IMG/VR virus record: IMGVR_UViG_3300025886_000034
Location: 1-52,747 of that record
Length of the DNA stretch: 52,747 nt
DNA from: a virus
Lineage: Duplodnaviria; Caudoviricetes
Reading direction: 5' to 3' (one strand)
The notes beneath the pieces are model-generated. The model made no database searches and was not told where the DNA came from. It saw nothing but the letters and a program-made list of their open reading frames with translations. A program made the translations under genes and the position numbers. Numbering within the stretch: the stretch's first letter is position 1; each line of letters begins with the position of its first letter. Positions 34,999 to 45,134 of the stretch are shown here, piece after piece.

Positions 34999-37742
34999 TA
35001 CTGTGTGCGCTCTCGCCAATAGATAGACCAGTTTAACCTAACGTTGTTCCAATCCACCGCTAAAGCATCACCATCAGCATCTTCTTCATTGCTATCAAGG
35101 TGTTTGGCCATAAACGTCCACACCGCTCGTGGTGGGGGGCTAGCGTATAACGCAAGACCAGTCGTAATGTCTACGTCTGCACCCATACCTAAATCGGTGT
35201 AAGTTAATGCTTTTAATGATGTCCAATAATCGTTCGCCAAACTGGCATTAGTTGCAGTAGATGCTATAGTACCACTACCACCACCATCTGTTGTAAATGC
35301 TCCGCTGTAGGACGCTTCAGCAGCACTTCTGCCACAGATAGCAACCGTACCAGCATTAGATGTTGCAACAATAGTTCCTGTTCCGCCCGATGGGGCTGTT
35401 GCGGTCGCAGTAAAGATTTCGCCGGGAACATTTCGGGATGCACCAGCAGCGGTTGTATAATCAGTACCACCAACAGTGACGATTTGATATTCAACACCAT
35501 TTGATGCTGTTGACGCCGCAATTACATTAGCATCTTCAACTCCTTTGTCAACATCAATCTTCATAATAAAAGCAGTATGACTTCCTGTGGTGACAGTTAA
35601 TTTCTGTCCAATGTCCAAACTTGTGCAATTATTTACAGCAAGAGTTCGAACAAGACGATCATCCGCGATGTCTGCTTGAGAATTATACAACCAAGCCTGG
35701 CTTCTTGTCACATACGACAAATAATACCAATCATTCGGATTATCTACTTGGTCTTGGCTAGCATAACCTGAACCACCGGCCGTCTTACCTGTAAAAGTTG
35801 TACCGAGAACAGTTGCAACATCTTGGTCACCATCTGTTTCACGAATTACAACTGGCTGAGTGTCCGCAAAATAATGTTTGGATTCACCAAATACTGGGTG
35901 GGGTCCCACATCAATAAGAACTGTAGAATGCCCTGTCGTATACTTATCTTCGACACTCTTCCAACTTGCAATGGGGTGCAGAGCCCGAGAAAGGCTTTGG
36001 TCAGAAAGATTTCTTACTGTACCGTATTGGAAGTTGTCAGACAAAAGATCAAACCTGAACAGACCATCACCTTGAACAACAAATTGTCCAATCTCTTGAA
36101 GGTGTGCCAAATGGTCTGCACTTTCATCAACTATCACAGTAGGAGAAGATATGGACGGACTACCAAAATCAAACCCCCGATTAATACAACCATAAAATAA
36201 TCTGATTTCTACTGGTACTGCATTCCCCGTTCTGATGTCGTATGAAGACACTTCGAAAGATAGTGGTTGATATATCGAGTGATTCTCGTCACCGTTTGAT
36301 AAGAACTGGATTGGTGATAATGACCCGTGATACTGGGTAGATGTTCCCGAACTGGCAGTACCAGACTTCAGCGTTGCTGGAAAACTGGTGGAACCATTTC
36401 TAGTTTGTTTAGTTCTCCAATAAGGTTCTAAGTCTGTTCGGCCGAAATGTTTTGTATCCCACGATTTACTGATCTGTTTTGACGCCCGAAGTGGATCTGT
36501 AACCCCCTCGATAAAGACACCAGCACCATATGCATAAAATTCTGAGGAACTTCCTGTAGTACCATAATTTGCTTGAGCCCAACAAACTGGACGATTTGGA
36601 TTTCCTATCGGGTTATTGTTTTGTGTGCCGATACCAATACCATTGTGATGGTACATTTCGTGGCACACAATACGTTGTCCTTCAAAAAATACACCCCAAC
36701 GAGTACGACCACCACCCATGAATTGAAAGTCAATCCAGTAAGTGTTAATCTTAGAAACATCAAGTTTAATACCTGATGGATTGTTCGCACCACCGTTGCC
36801 TAATAAGGTATCTGTGTTCCACTCTTTTTGTACAATTTCGTGATTTTTTGTTGCTTGATTATTAAAAGTAAAACGATGTACTACTCGAAGTGCGGAGCCT
36901 GGTCCTGTGCCAATTGCATCTGCCGGAGTTGCTCTTCCGCCTGGGCTTGAGTCGGATCCTTTTATTTGAAAGAAAAACCCGTCAGTGGCGTCAAATGCCC
37001 CCCAAAGTTTTGTGTTATTTTCTGTTCCGGTTTCTACATCAGCACGAGCCGCCATAACAAATAACATTGAAGTACCTTCTTCATAAGAATGAAAAAGATT
37101 TGACGTATGGGTTACTCGTTCTCCTGCGGTTGTTCCTACAGTAAGTTTAACTCCTCGTGTTAATGGATCCCAAGTGTTAGATACTGCGTTACCACCTTCT
37201 CTTGAGTTTACAAACTCATTCGGAAGATTGGATTTTGAAAAGTCATAAGACGCAAGCAATCTGGCATCATTTATCTTAAGACTACCCATACCAGTGATTT
37301 GCGGGTTGCCTTCCGCAAAAGTTACTTGCCCCGATCCAAATCGGTCGATATCCCAACCATATTCGGGATTGTCGTATCCCATAATGTTTTGTGCTGGGAT
37401 ATACACATCATAAAATACATCGACTTGAGCAACATCTTGAGAATCATATGAAATTGCAGCGTTTTGTGTCGGTTCGAAATTGTCAAACTTAGCAGTCTTA
37501 TTATAATGAACTGAAAGGATACCAGTCCCATTACCCCTATCGAATACACCATGAACATGAACCTTGCCGCCGCCACCAAAACCAACAATATCATACCTTT
37601 CGCCGACTTTCCAAACATGGTCTGTAGATCCACCAGCAACCGAGTTGAAAGTTTTGTATTCAATCTCGGCAGTATGTATCATGTACACGCGGTCGCCAGT
37701 ACTCTCTGGTGGTATCCTAGTATATCTCTTTTCGCCTGCCAT
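34998..37742 (-). CDS. Large putative virion protein with lectin/beta-sandwich-like region
   Basis: 914 aa, Gly/Thr/Ser-rich. WGAFDATDGFFFQ...YWIDFQFMGGGRTRWG core. Confidence 0.7.
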   Translation of the reverse strand: MAGEKRYTRIPPESTGDRVYMIHTAEIEYKTFNSVAGGSTDHVWKVGERYDIVGFGGGGKVHVHGVFDRGNGTGILSVHYNKTAKFDNFEPTQNAAISYDSQDVAQVDVFYDVYIPAQNIMGYDNPEYGWDIDRFGSGQVTFAEGNPQITGMGSLKINDARLLASYDFSKSNLPNEFVNSREGGNAVSNTWDPLTRGVKLTVGTTAGERVTHTSNLFHSYEEGTSMLFVMAARADVETGTENNTKLWGAFDATDGFFFQIKGSDSSPGGRATPADAIGTGPGSALRVVHRFTFNNQATKNHEIVQKEWNTDTLLGNGGANNPSGIKLDVSKINTYWIDFQFMGGGRTRWGVFFEGQRIVCHEMYHHNGIGIGTQNNNPIGNPNRPVCWAQANYGTTGSSSEFYAYGAGVFIEGVTDPLRASKQISKSWDTKHFGRTDLEPYWRTKQTRNGSTSFPATLKSGTASSGTSTQYHGSLSPIQFLSNGDENHSIYQPLSFEVSSYDIRTGNAVPVEIRLFYGCINRGFDFGSPSISSPTVIVDESADHLAHLQEIGQFVVQGDGLFRFDLLSDNFQYGTVRNLSDQSLSRALHPIASWKSVEDKYTTGHSTVLIDVGPHPVFGESKHYFADTQPVVIRETDGDQDVATVLGTTFTGKTAGGSGYASQDQVDNPNDWYYLSYVTRSQAWLYNSQADIADDRLVRTLAVNNCTSLDIGQKLTVTTGSHTAFIMKIDVDKGVEDANVIAASTASNGVEYQIVTVGGTDYTTAAGASRNVPGEIFTATATAPSGGTGTIVATSNAGTVAICGRSAAEASYSGAFTTDGGGSGTIASTATNASLANDYWTSLKALTYTDLGMGADVDITTGLALYASPPPRAVWTFMAKHLDSNEEDADGDALAVDWNNVRLNWSIYWRERTQ

Positions 37743-37797
37743 TTTAGATCCTGTTAAATTCCGTTGTTATCATTCTATTTATTCTTCGTAATATTCA

Positions 37798-38361
37798 TTA
37801 CTTTAAGTAAACTATTTCATGAATTTTAGGTGTTATAGATTCTCTAGCTTCTTCAGTATCCGAGCTGCCCGAAGTCTCCGCAAGTTGTTCTGCAATTTTA
37901 GAGTCTAAAACTTCTTGCGTAATCTCAACTTTTTGCTGAGGTACTCTTTTTATTAATTTTGTAAGAATTCTTTTATTGTCTGGATCTTGCCTTACGATCC
38001 ATTCATCTCTATAATTCGTCCAGTCCATAATTCCATCTAAGAATTGTGCCTCCATAGATTCGATAATAGCGGTTTGTCTTTCATCAAATTCCGGTTCAGC
38101 ATTTAATTTTACAGCCATCTGTTTTTGAGCACAAACAGTTTCAACTTCAGATAGATTTTTTATAGAAGCAATAATTCGTATTTCATTATTAACAATAGCA
38201 ACGTCCCAGAAATCATTGAAACTATGCCATGACCAATTCTTCTCTTCGATCAGCGGTTCTACTAGTTCAATGTATTGAGGATATTTAGGAGATTTGCCTT
38301 TCTTCATAGAAAAACAAGTATTTCGAAGTTCGTATCTATCAATTTTCATAATTATTCCCAA
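37798..38361 (-). CDS. Hypothetical protein with an apparent internal two-fold repeat
   Basis: WSWHSFNDFWDV and MDWTNYRDEWIV segments. 187 aa. Confidence 0.65.
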   Translation of the reverse strand: MGIIMKIDRYELRNTCFSMKKGKSPKYPQYIELVEPLIEEKNWSWHSFNDFWDVAIVNNEIRIIASIKNLSEVETVCAQKQMAVKLNAEPEFDERQTAIIESMEAQFLDGIMDWTNYRDEWIVRQDPDNKRILTKLIKRVPQQKVEITQEVLDSKIAEQLAETSGSSDTEEARESITPKIHEIVYLK

Positions 38362-38365
38362 TATT

Positions 38366-38391
38366 TAAAAATAGGGGGGACGAATCCCCCC
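38366..38391 (-). terminator. Intrinsic terminator after the 681-aa gene
   Basis: GGGGGGA-TTCG-TCCCCCC-TATTTTT. Confidence 0.85.
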
Positions 38392-38407
38392 GTGATCTTA
38401 CTATTTA

Positions 38408-40453
38408 TTACGCTGGGTTAGCGTAGTTTCTTTCAAGTGGAGCAACAAGAGATACCGTTAAGTCAGCACGTTGGATTGTCGATGTTGCAGACACCCACTG
38501 TGCAGTTCCTAGACCAATCGCAACAATAGTAATTGGTGCATCTTTGGCAGCACTTGCAGTGCCACGTTGAACGTTTGCATCATATGCATACGAGAACGTT
38601 AGTGATGATTGTGTGGCGTTACCAGCAATGTCCGTGTTAGTTTGATCTTGAACAATAATCGCAGTTGCAGTACCAAAGTCTCTTCCAGTATTATCACCAT
38701 CATCGTCGTTGGTAAAGAATACACGGTAGATTGCATCAGTATCAGAAACAAGGTTACTGTTAAAGTTCAATGTCAAGCTAGATACAAACGGGAAGGTAAG
38801 ATTATCAAATCGTGCAGGTGATGCCAAAGAACTTGCATCAACAGTACCAGATTCATCTCCTCCGGTTTGTGCAAACGTAAAGTTAGAACCAGTAGCACCT
38901 GTCAATTCAAACGTTCCATTGAAACTTGTCGCACCGCCCGTCACACCAGAAATTGTAATATAATCGCCGGTAGTGAAAGTATTGGTTGCTGTTACTGTAA
39001 CTACGTTGGTTGCTCTAGCAATTGCTGTAATTGTTGCCGCAGCATTAACTTCTGAACCATATCCCCAGAAGTGCAATCTGTTCTGGTCGGCTGAAGCGAA
39101 GTTATTAATGTAAACACCTTCGAAGTCTTCAGCGCCGGGAACGTCATCTTGACCAAGAGTAAAGAGATCGTCTCCAACAAATCGCAATTTCAGGGGGGTA
39201 ATATCACCACGTCTTACACCAGTATTACTGGTATTGAGGTTGATATCGCCGGTCTTGACCAGCTGAGCCTGTACATACTGATATACTTTCTCAGCAGTAG
39301 GGTTAGGATTTTGTGTAGAACCAACATCGGCATCAATTGTAACAGTAAAGTACGCTTCGGGAACAGAAACACCAGTTGAATCAAAGGTGTCATTGAAACC
39401 AGTTTGTTGAGTGTTGTCACCAGTAGCCGCCCAAGAAATGCTCATATTATTGGTTTGAAAACCAGAAGCAGAGGCGGGTGAGTCTGAGGCCTCAGTAGCG
39501 TTTGTAACATTCGCGTAAGTGAATGTAGTGGCTCCAGTTACAGTAATAATATTATTAGTACTATTAAACCCTGTTTCAGTCGCACTAGTAATATCTATTA
39601 CATCGTTTGTTGCCAAACCGTGAGCAGCTTCAGTTGTTACTGTGACAGTAGTTCCATCGCCGACGAGAGTGTCGATCGCAATAAGGTCACCAGAAGCGGC
39701 AGCCTTAGACTGTGTTATCTTAGGATCAGCAGTGTTAACAAGTGGGAAACGGTATGCTTGATATGTAACACCATCCGCAGCACCGATGTCCGCTAAGTTT
39801 GTTTGTGCATATGTTTTACCAAATGTACGAATAAACGTTTCGAAGAAGCCAGAGTTGTCCGTATCAGGACTACCATCGGCATTCGTGTCAACGTAGAATT
39901 GTACGGCTTGGTTGACTGGACCAGTCAAAAGAAAGTTAGTAGGCGCTGTTGTTGTATCATCAACTTGACGATAATATACTTGGTCGTTTACATCCAACGC
40001 ACCTAGAGTAATTACATTGATCCAACGTTCAGAGTCGTTTGTGCCAGGACCAGCGTTAACCGCCCAACCACCAGTTCGAATCAAACCCGTAGTAGTTGCA
40101 CCAGTTGCAGATGATCCACCGAGGCCGCCAGTACCAGTAGAAATTGTATCATCTAAGTTCCATCCGTTTGTGAATTCAAACTGTTCGTCCGTAATAGGAG
40201 TCATTGGAAACGGAAATTTAATTAAGTTAGCGTCAGCTTTCCATCGTTCCTTAAGAAACGAGTAAAGACACTTGAGTGTTAGACCAGATACGGTCATACC
40301 ATTACCAGTATCTACCGCTACATAGATGAGTTTGTTTAATGTATCAATGTGAATCTCATCTGCGGCAGTTCTACTACCAGCACCAGAAGTATCAACGGTT
40401 GCTGTTAGATCGTCCGGATCTGTGATTACATCACTAGCGACAAATAATGCCAT
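38408..40453 (-). CDS. Putative abundant virion accessory protein with two small beta-barrel insertions
   Basis: 681 aa, Thr/Ala/Gly-rich. Has its own late promoter, strong SD AAGGAG and a terminator. Confidence 0.75.
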   Translation of the reverse strand: MALFVASDVITDPDDLTATVDTSGAGSRTAADEIHIDTLNKLIYVAVDTGNGMTVSGLTLKCLYSFLKERWKADANLIKFPFPMTPITDEQFEFTNGWNLDDTISTGTGGLGGSSATGATTTGLIRTGGWAVNAGPGTNDSERWINVITLGALDVNDQVYYRQVDDTTTAPTNFLLTGPVNQAVQFYVDTNADGSPDTDNSGFFETFIRTFGKTYAQTNLADIGAADGVTYQAYRFPLVNTADPKITQSKAAASGDLIAIDTLVGDGTTVTVTTEAAHGLATNDVIDITSATETGFNSTNNIITVTGATTFTYANVTNATEASDSPASASGFQTNNMSISWAATGDNTQQTGFNDTFDSTGVSVPEAYFTVTIDADVGSTQNPNPTAEKVYQYVQAQLVKTGDINLNTSNTGVRRGDITPLKLRFVGDDLFTLGQDDVPGAEDFEGVYINNFASADQNRLHFWGYGSEVNAAATITAIARATNVVTVTATNTFTTGDYITISGVTGGATSFNGTFELTGATGSNFTFAQTGGDESGTVDASSLASPARFDNLTFPFVSSLTLNFNSNLVSDTDAIYRVFFTNDDDGDNTGRDFGTATAIIVQDQTNTDIAGNATQSSLTFSYAYDANVQRGTASAAKDAPITIVAIGLGTAQWVSATSTIQRADLTVSLVAPLERNYANPA

Positions 40454-40494
40454 GTGAAATCTCCTTTAATTTTATGTTAATATTATAACAAAAC

Positions 40495-40502
40495 TATTTA
40501 TA
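40495..40502 (-). promoter_or_regulatory. Late promoter
   Basis: TATAAATA. Confidence 0.8.
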
Positions 40503-40514
40503 ATATTGTGTTGT

Positions 40515-43487
40515 TTAAGGGTTGAAGTATTGCCTGTCAATTACTTGCGTAATTGGAATAGACGTTGATTCATCATTTAGAATAATATTACTCAACCTTA
40601 AAGATTGAAAATTCAAGTTAAATATCACTACAAAAACATTAATATCTGATGCATATGTGTAAGTATATACAAAGGTATTATCGTTCGTTGATCCTAAAGT
40701 AGTTACTCCTGTTGTTGGTGAAGTTCCTGTGCCATTAGTTATATCCTCAACACCCGCAACGTCGGAAGTATCAGATGTTTGATATATTCTTATTTCAGTA
40801 CCATCTTGCAAACCGGTCAAACTAAACGTAACCTGCAATGGTGGGAATCGTGCAACACCATTATTATCAATTAACTGGTAATTTGTAATATCCGCGGCCG
40901 CTATGTTAGTTAACCACACCCCTTGTGCACCAAAGAAACGACCACCAGCAAATGTACCGAATGGTGATTGTTTATTATCTACGTTGCTGAAGTTTGCTTC
41001 ATTCGCATTACGATATTCATAACCATCGTCGCCGTTAACTGTCTGCGAGAAGTCAAATGATGTAATATATTTAGTGCGTTCATAAACTTCTTTAAGTGTT
41101 CTACCGCTACAATCAACAATAACACTATATGGTTGATTACCATTTCCATCACCAATATCTTGTGAGGTTGCTCCAAAGGTTGTTGTTACGTTTGTATATC
41201 CAGCCACCGTACCAGAAGCGGTTTCATTATTCAAATCTGGTAAAGTTGAAAGTGCGACAATATTCTGCCCACCATTGGATAGATCAGCAAAGAAGTGGTC
41301 ATATAGATCGCCATATTCTCTTGCGAACAACCAAACCCCACCATCAACATTGGTTGCTGTATCATCAGTTGATTGAATAAATGTGCCGTCTTCTACTTTA
41401 ACTAAAACGTCGATGTTACCGTCAGGCCACCAAGAAGTCAAGGCAGCGTCAGATGCTTCAACGCCTTGAACAATATAAATTCCTGTTCCTGTTTCTACCG
41501 AACCGATTGTTTTGACATTAGACCAAAGTAATGAATTAGCATTATCAAAGTATGAACCATCATATAAGAACTTGTGGTCATTATCTTTTGCACCAAAGGT
41601 ATAACCATTGATGAATTCGTATTGCACTCTGGTGATTGATTGGATAGGCTCAGGGAATTGCATAAAAGCAGTAGCTGCAAATGTATTCATTGCAAATTCG
41701 TATAGATCTTGGGAAGTATCAATTGCGCTGTAAGCACTAAACGGAAGAGTAGGGCCAGATGTCATCGTAATAGTTTGAGCACTAGTATCAATAGTCCAAG
41801 TATTATTTAACGTTGGTACTGCAACCTGCTGTCTGTCGTTAATAAGTGTGACTAGTTGTGATACTGAACCTGTTGCAGTGCCCAAAGTTGTTTCAAATGG
41901 CAGGTCACCAAATCTTCTTACTCGAAGCGTAGTGTTGTTTGAACCAACATAACTTTGTTGTGGGATATTACCACTAGCATCAGTAGTACCATTAAAGATT
42001 GTGATAACACCATCATTCAACCAAACAAATGCGCCAGATACATTAACCCCATCTTCATCTTTTACGTTAACATCAATAGTTTTCGGTGCATTTCGAATAG
42101 TAACAGTGCCACTGTAGTTTGCCCCAAATCGAATACTTGGAACAGTAATACCTGTAGGAATATTCAATATTAAATCTGTTGTTGAGGTAGCACTTGGGTT
42201 TATGTAAAGAGTTGCATTGACATTGGTGCCCGTAGTAAAATCACCAAGAGATCCGGCAAGATATCCTGAAGAAGTATGGTTCCAAGTATACTCTGAAGGA
42301 ACTGTTCCTGTGAATTCAACTGCATGGTTCGAACCATCACTGGTGAAAGAACAAGTTTGCACATCCGTTAAACTGTTCACTGACAGACTTATTGTTCCTG
42401 TACCGTTAATAAAATCGCATGATGTTATTGTGGCACTTCCTTGTGTAACTTGAGCGCATCTTAAAAATGATGTAGAAACTACTGTAGTGTTAGCACCAAA
42501 TACAAATGTATTCATATCACCAAAAGTACAACCATCCAGACTAACAGTTGCGCCGTTATTTACTAAAAAATTACCCTTAGAGTTATCGAATGATAATGTG
42601 TCAATATAACGCAATTTGTTTATTGTGATATTATTAAACGTTATAACCGATGCGGAGTTATTAATTTCAAGCACGTTAAAATTCGTATATACTTGTCGAG
42701 TATCATCAATGTTTATTGTTCTATTTTGTGCCGTAAATAAAAGAGATGATGCAGTTGTTCCCAGTTCAAGTTTACCTTTCCATAAGAAAGAACCACTAGC
42801 CCTTTGAAATAATCCCCATCTGTTAGCAACTGTATCATTAGTGTCTGCAATGTCATCAAATGTTCCAGCAGGTGAACCACCGGTGTATTGAATTAATCCT
42901 CTACCGTAACGGATAGCATCAACAACAAGAGATTGTCCACGAGACGGAGCAGAGGCTATGTTAGGAAGAAATCCAAAGTTTGAATATGTAGAGGCCGCCG
43001 GAGGTCCGTCTGTGAAAGAAGCAGATTGGCCCGGATCAATCGCTGCGTTTTGCCATCCGCCATATGGATAACGACCATAATCTGACCCACCAACTGCGTA
43101 CCAATCATGATTAGTAGTAGAGGATCCGATGCCTATAAAAAATCCAGATGCAGTTCCTGGCGAGTTTTGTGACGGCGCAGTTTGTCCAACCGTTTCGTTG
43201 TAAGCATTAATAGCGCCGGGAAACAGGAAAAGCCACCAAAAGAAAAATACATCTGTACCATCAACGAATCCGGTAGGATCTGCAACGGCGTAGTTCAATC
43301 CAGAAGCAGCACCAGTTTTATTAGCAGACACTTGTTGAGATACACAATCCGTACCTTGAAGGAACGCCTCTGTTTCTGACGATGGAGAAGCACCAGAACT
43401 GTAAGAGGAAAGTTCTGTCCACCCAGTAGTTCCGTCTGCATACAGAGTTTGCCCGCCTGTTAAATCAGTTGTCGGTGTGTTAGCCAT
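40515..43487 (-). CDS. Large putative virion protein (beta-helix-like central region; C-terminal half paralogous to the 681-aa protein)
   Basis: 990 aa. LDGCTF/ITSCDF/VQTCSF repeats. C-terminus DRQYFNP versus ERNYANP in its neighbour. Confidence 0.72.
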   Translation of the reverse strand: MANTPTTDLTGGQTLYADGTTGWTELSSYSSGASPSSETEAFLQGTDCVSQQVSANKTGAASGLNYAVADPTGFVDGTDVFFFWWLFLFPGAINAYNETVGQTAPSQNSPGTASGFFIGIGSSTTNHDWYAVGGSDYGRYPYGGWQNAAIDPGQSASFTDGPPAASTYSNFGFLPNIASAPSRGQSLVVDAIRYGRGLIQYTGGSPAGTFDDIADTNDTVANRWGLFQRASGSFLWKGKLELGTTASSLLFTAQNRTINIDDTRQVYTNFNVLEINNSASVITFNNITINKLRYIDTLSFDNSKGNFLVNNGATVSLDGCTFGDMNTFVFGANTTVVSTSFLRCAQVTQGSATITSCDFINGTGTISLSVNSLTDVQTCSFTSDGSNHAVEFTGTVPSEYTWNHTSSGYLAGSLGDFTTGTNVNATLYINPSATSTTDLILNIPTGITVPSIRFGANYSGTVTIRNAPKTIDVNVKDEDGVNVSGAFVWLNDGVITIFNGTTDASGNIPQQSYVGSNNTTLRVRRFGDLPFETTLGTATGSVSQLVTLINDRQQVAVPTLNNTWTIDTSAQTITMTSGPTLPFSAYSAIDTSQDLYEFAMNTFAATAFMQFPEPIQSITRVQYEFINGYTFGAKDNDHKFLYDGSYFDNANSLLWSNVKTIGSVETGTGIYIVQGVEASDAALTSWWPDGNIDVLVKVEDGTFIQSTDDTATNVDGGVWLFAREYGDLYDHFFADLSNGGQNIVALSTLPDLNNETASGTVAGYTNVTTTFGATSQDIGDGNGNQPYSVIVDCSGRTLKEVYERTKYITSFDFSQTVNGDDGYEYRNANEANFSNVDNKQSPFGTFAGGRFFGAQGVWLTNIAAADITNYQLIDNNGVARFPPLQVTFSLTGLQDGTEIRIYQTSDTSDVAGVEDITNGTGTSPTTGVTTLGSTNDNTFVYTYTYASDINVFVVIFNLNFQSLRLSNIILNDESTSIPITQVIDRQYFNP

Positions 43488-43950
43488 TTGCTACTCTTCT
43501 ATATTCTGCGAATTTTAAAAGTACATTACGTTGAACATCTCCATCACGACAAAAAACTTTTACTTCTGGTGTATCATATTTTGTAAGTACTACATTATAT
43601 CCTTGTTGATTAAATGCATCAATTTGTTTAGACCCATATTCTGTTATTGGTCGATCTGGTTTTATCGTTCCGACAAATAAACTGTCATCCAACTTTTCAA
43701 ATATTACACCACATTTATCAGGCCTTAATTCAATTGGTGCACTTTCGTGTTGCGTATAAGCGCACTCATATGTCCTGCATATCAACGGTCTATCTTCATG
43801 AACCGTACAACCTATATTTTTATCACAGTAATTGCACAGTTGACCAGCTGGTGAATCAATTGCAATTAATTCTATCTCACCATCTAAAAGAGGTTTCTGT
43901 GAGTCTATATGTAATAACTCACAACATTCTGTGCATTCACCACATTCCAT
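43480..43950 (-). CDS. YkgJ-like Cys-cluster (putative Fe-S/Zn) protein
   Basis: CGECTECC...C..C...GCTVHEDRPLICRTYEC...RPDKCGV. Confidence 0.85.
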   Translation of the reverse strand: MECGECTECCELLHIDSQKPLLDGEIELIAIDSPAGQLCNYCDKNIGCTVHEDRPLICRTYECAYTQHESAPIELRPDKCGVIFEKLDDSLFVGTIKPDRPITEYGSKQIDAFNQQGYNVVLTKYDTPEVKVFCRDGDVQRNVLLKFAEYRRVANG

Positions 43951-45134
43951 TAGCTATACTCGTAAGTTGCGCGGTCATCCCAAACTTTGGCAAAATCTGC
44001 TGTGTTGTCGGCCCATATAATTTCTAAGTCATCACCCTGTTCATACACACGCTTAATACGCCACGTAGAGGCGTCTCTCGCGGTGCCTGGGACGGATTCG
44101 CCAATATATGTATAATCACCTTCAGTATCAACTAATCTGTCGTATTGTTGTTCCATACCTATTTGCAATCTCTCTATGATATCGTTAAATGATTCAGAAA
44201 CAAATTTCTGTTTTGATGCATCAAAGATTAAAAGAGAATCGCCTTCGACTTGATGTCTCTTTTTAAATTCTACATCATCGTTTTCCAATATTCGAACTGA
44301 ACCACCACCACCAGAACCACCCCAGCCGTTAGCGATTCTCTGTCGCATTTCGTTCAAGCTTTTTTCTAGATCGCGCTTGACTTTCAACTCAAAATCTTTT
44401 ACATATTTATCTGCGGTTTTTATTTCATCATCAATTTTTTTAACAAAATCTGTTATACTTTCTTCTGTTTTCGATACAAATTCCGTAATTTCTTTCTTGA
44501 TAGACTCTTCGTCGGCTGGAGTTCCGGCGTCGCCCTTAAGCCCTTGTGCGCCCTGTGGGCCTGTGTTTCCGACAGGACCTACATCACCACGCTCTCCTCT
44601 TTCTCCAGTGTCACCCTTCTCACCCTTCTGGCCAGGTTCGCCATCTTTTCCATCTTTACCGTCAAGACCAGAAACTCCATGTATTCCTTGCTCGCCTTGC
44701 TCGCCTTTTTCTCCGCGATCCCCTTTCTTTCCTTTATCACCCTTCTCACCCTTTAACCCCTGTGGTCCTTCGGGTCCGCGCTCTCCACGTTCTCCATTCT
44801 CGCCAGCAATTCCAACAACACCTTGAAGTCCTTGTTCACCTTGTTCACCGCGTTCTCCACGCTCTCCTTGTGGTCCTTGCGATCCTTGTTCTCCGGCATC
44901 ACCTTTATCTCCCTTGTTTCCTATAAAACCCCTTTCACCTTTCGGACCCACAGGGCCGCGTTCTCCGGCAGCACCATCTTTACCATCAAGCCCAAAAATT
45001 CGTACCGGCTGCACATCTTCAATAACCTGAAAAATTTTATTTTCAAGCTTGTCAATTTCTTTCTTGGTATATGCAACAGAGGTTGCTATACTAACAGCTT
45101 CGGTCAAATTCGGATCATTTTTCTTCTTTATCAT
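43950..45134 (-). CDS. Collagen-like fibre protein
   Basis: 53 uninterrupted G-X-Y triplets, then a coiled coil, a GGSGGGGS linker and a small C-terminal domain (YIGE..PG..WRIKR..WDDRATY). Confidence 0.9.
   Translation of the reverse strand: MIKKKNDPNLTEAVSIATSVAYTKKEIDKLENKIFQVIEDVQPVRIFGLDGKDGAAGERGPVGPKGERGFIGNKGDKGDAGEQGSQGPQGERGERGEQGEQGLQGVVGIAGENGERGERGPEGPQGLKGEKGDKGKKGDRGEKGEQGEQGIHGVSGLDGKDGKDGEPGQKGEKGDTGERGERGDVGPVGNTGPQGAQGLKGDAGTPADEESIKKEITEFVSKTEESITDFVKKIDDEIKTADKYVKDFELKVKRDLEKSLNEMRQRIANGWGGSGGGGSVRILENDDVEFKKRHQVEGDSLLIFDASKQKFVSESFNDIIERLQIGMEQQYDRLVDTEGDYTYIGESVPGTARDASTWRIKRVYEQGDDLEIIWADNTADFAKVWDDRATYEYS
44517..44993 (-). repeat. Collagen G-X-Y repeat tract
   Basis: [12 protein letters not shown]...GDA-GTP, 53 triplets by manual count. 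Confidence 0.9.

Noticed and set aside
44377-44926. Pro/Ser-rich plus-strand ORFs (SPFSP repeats)
   Set aside because: These are the antisense mirror of the collagen G-X-Y codons.
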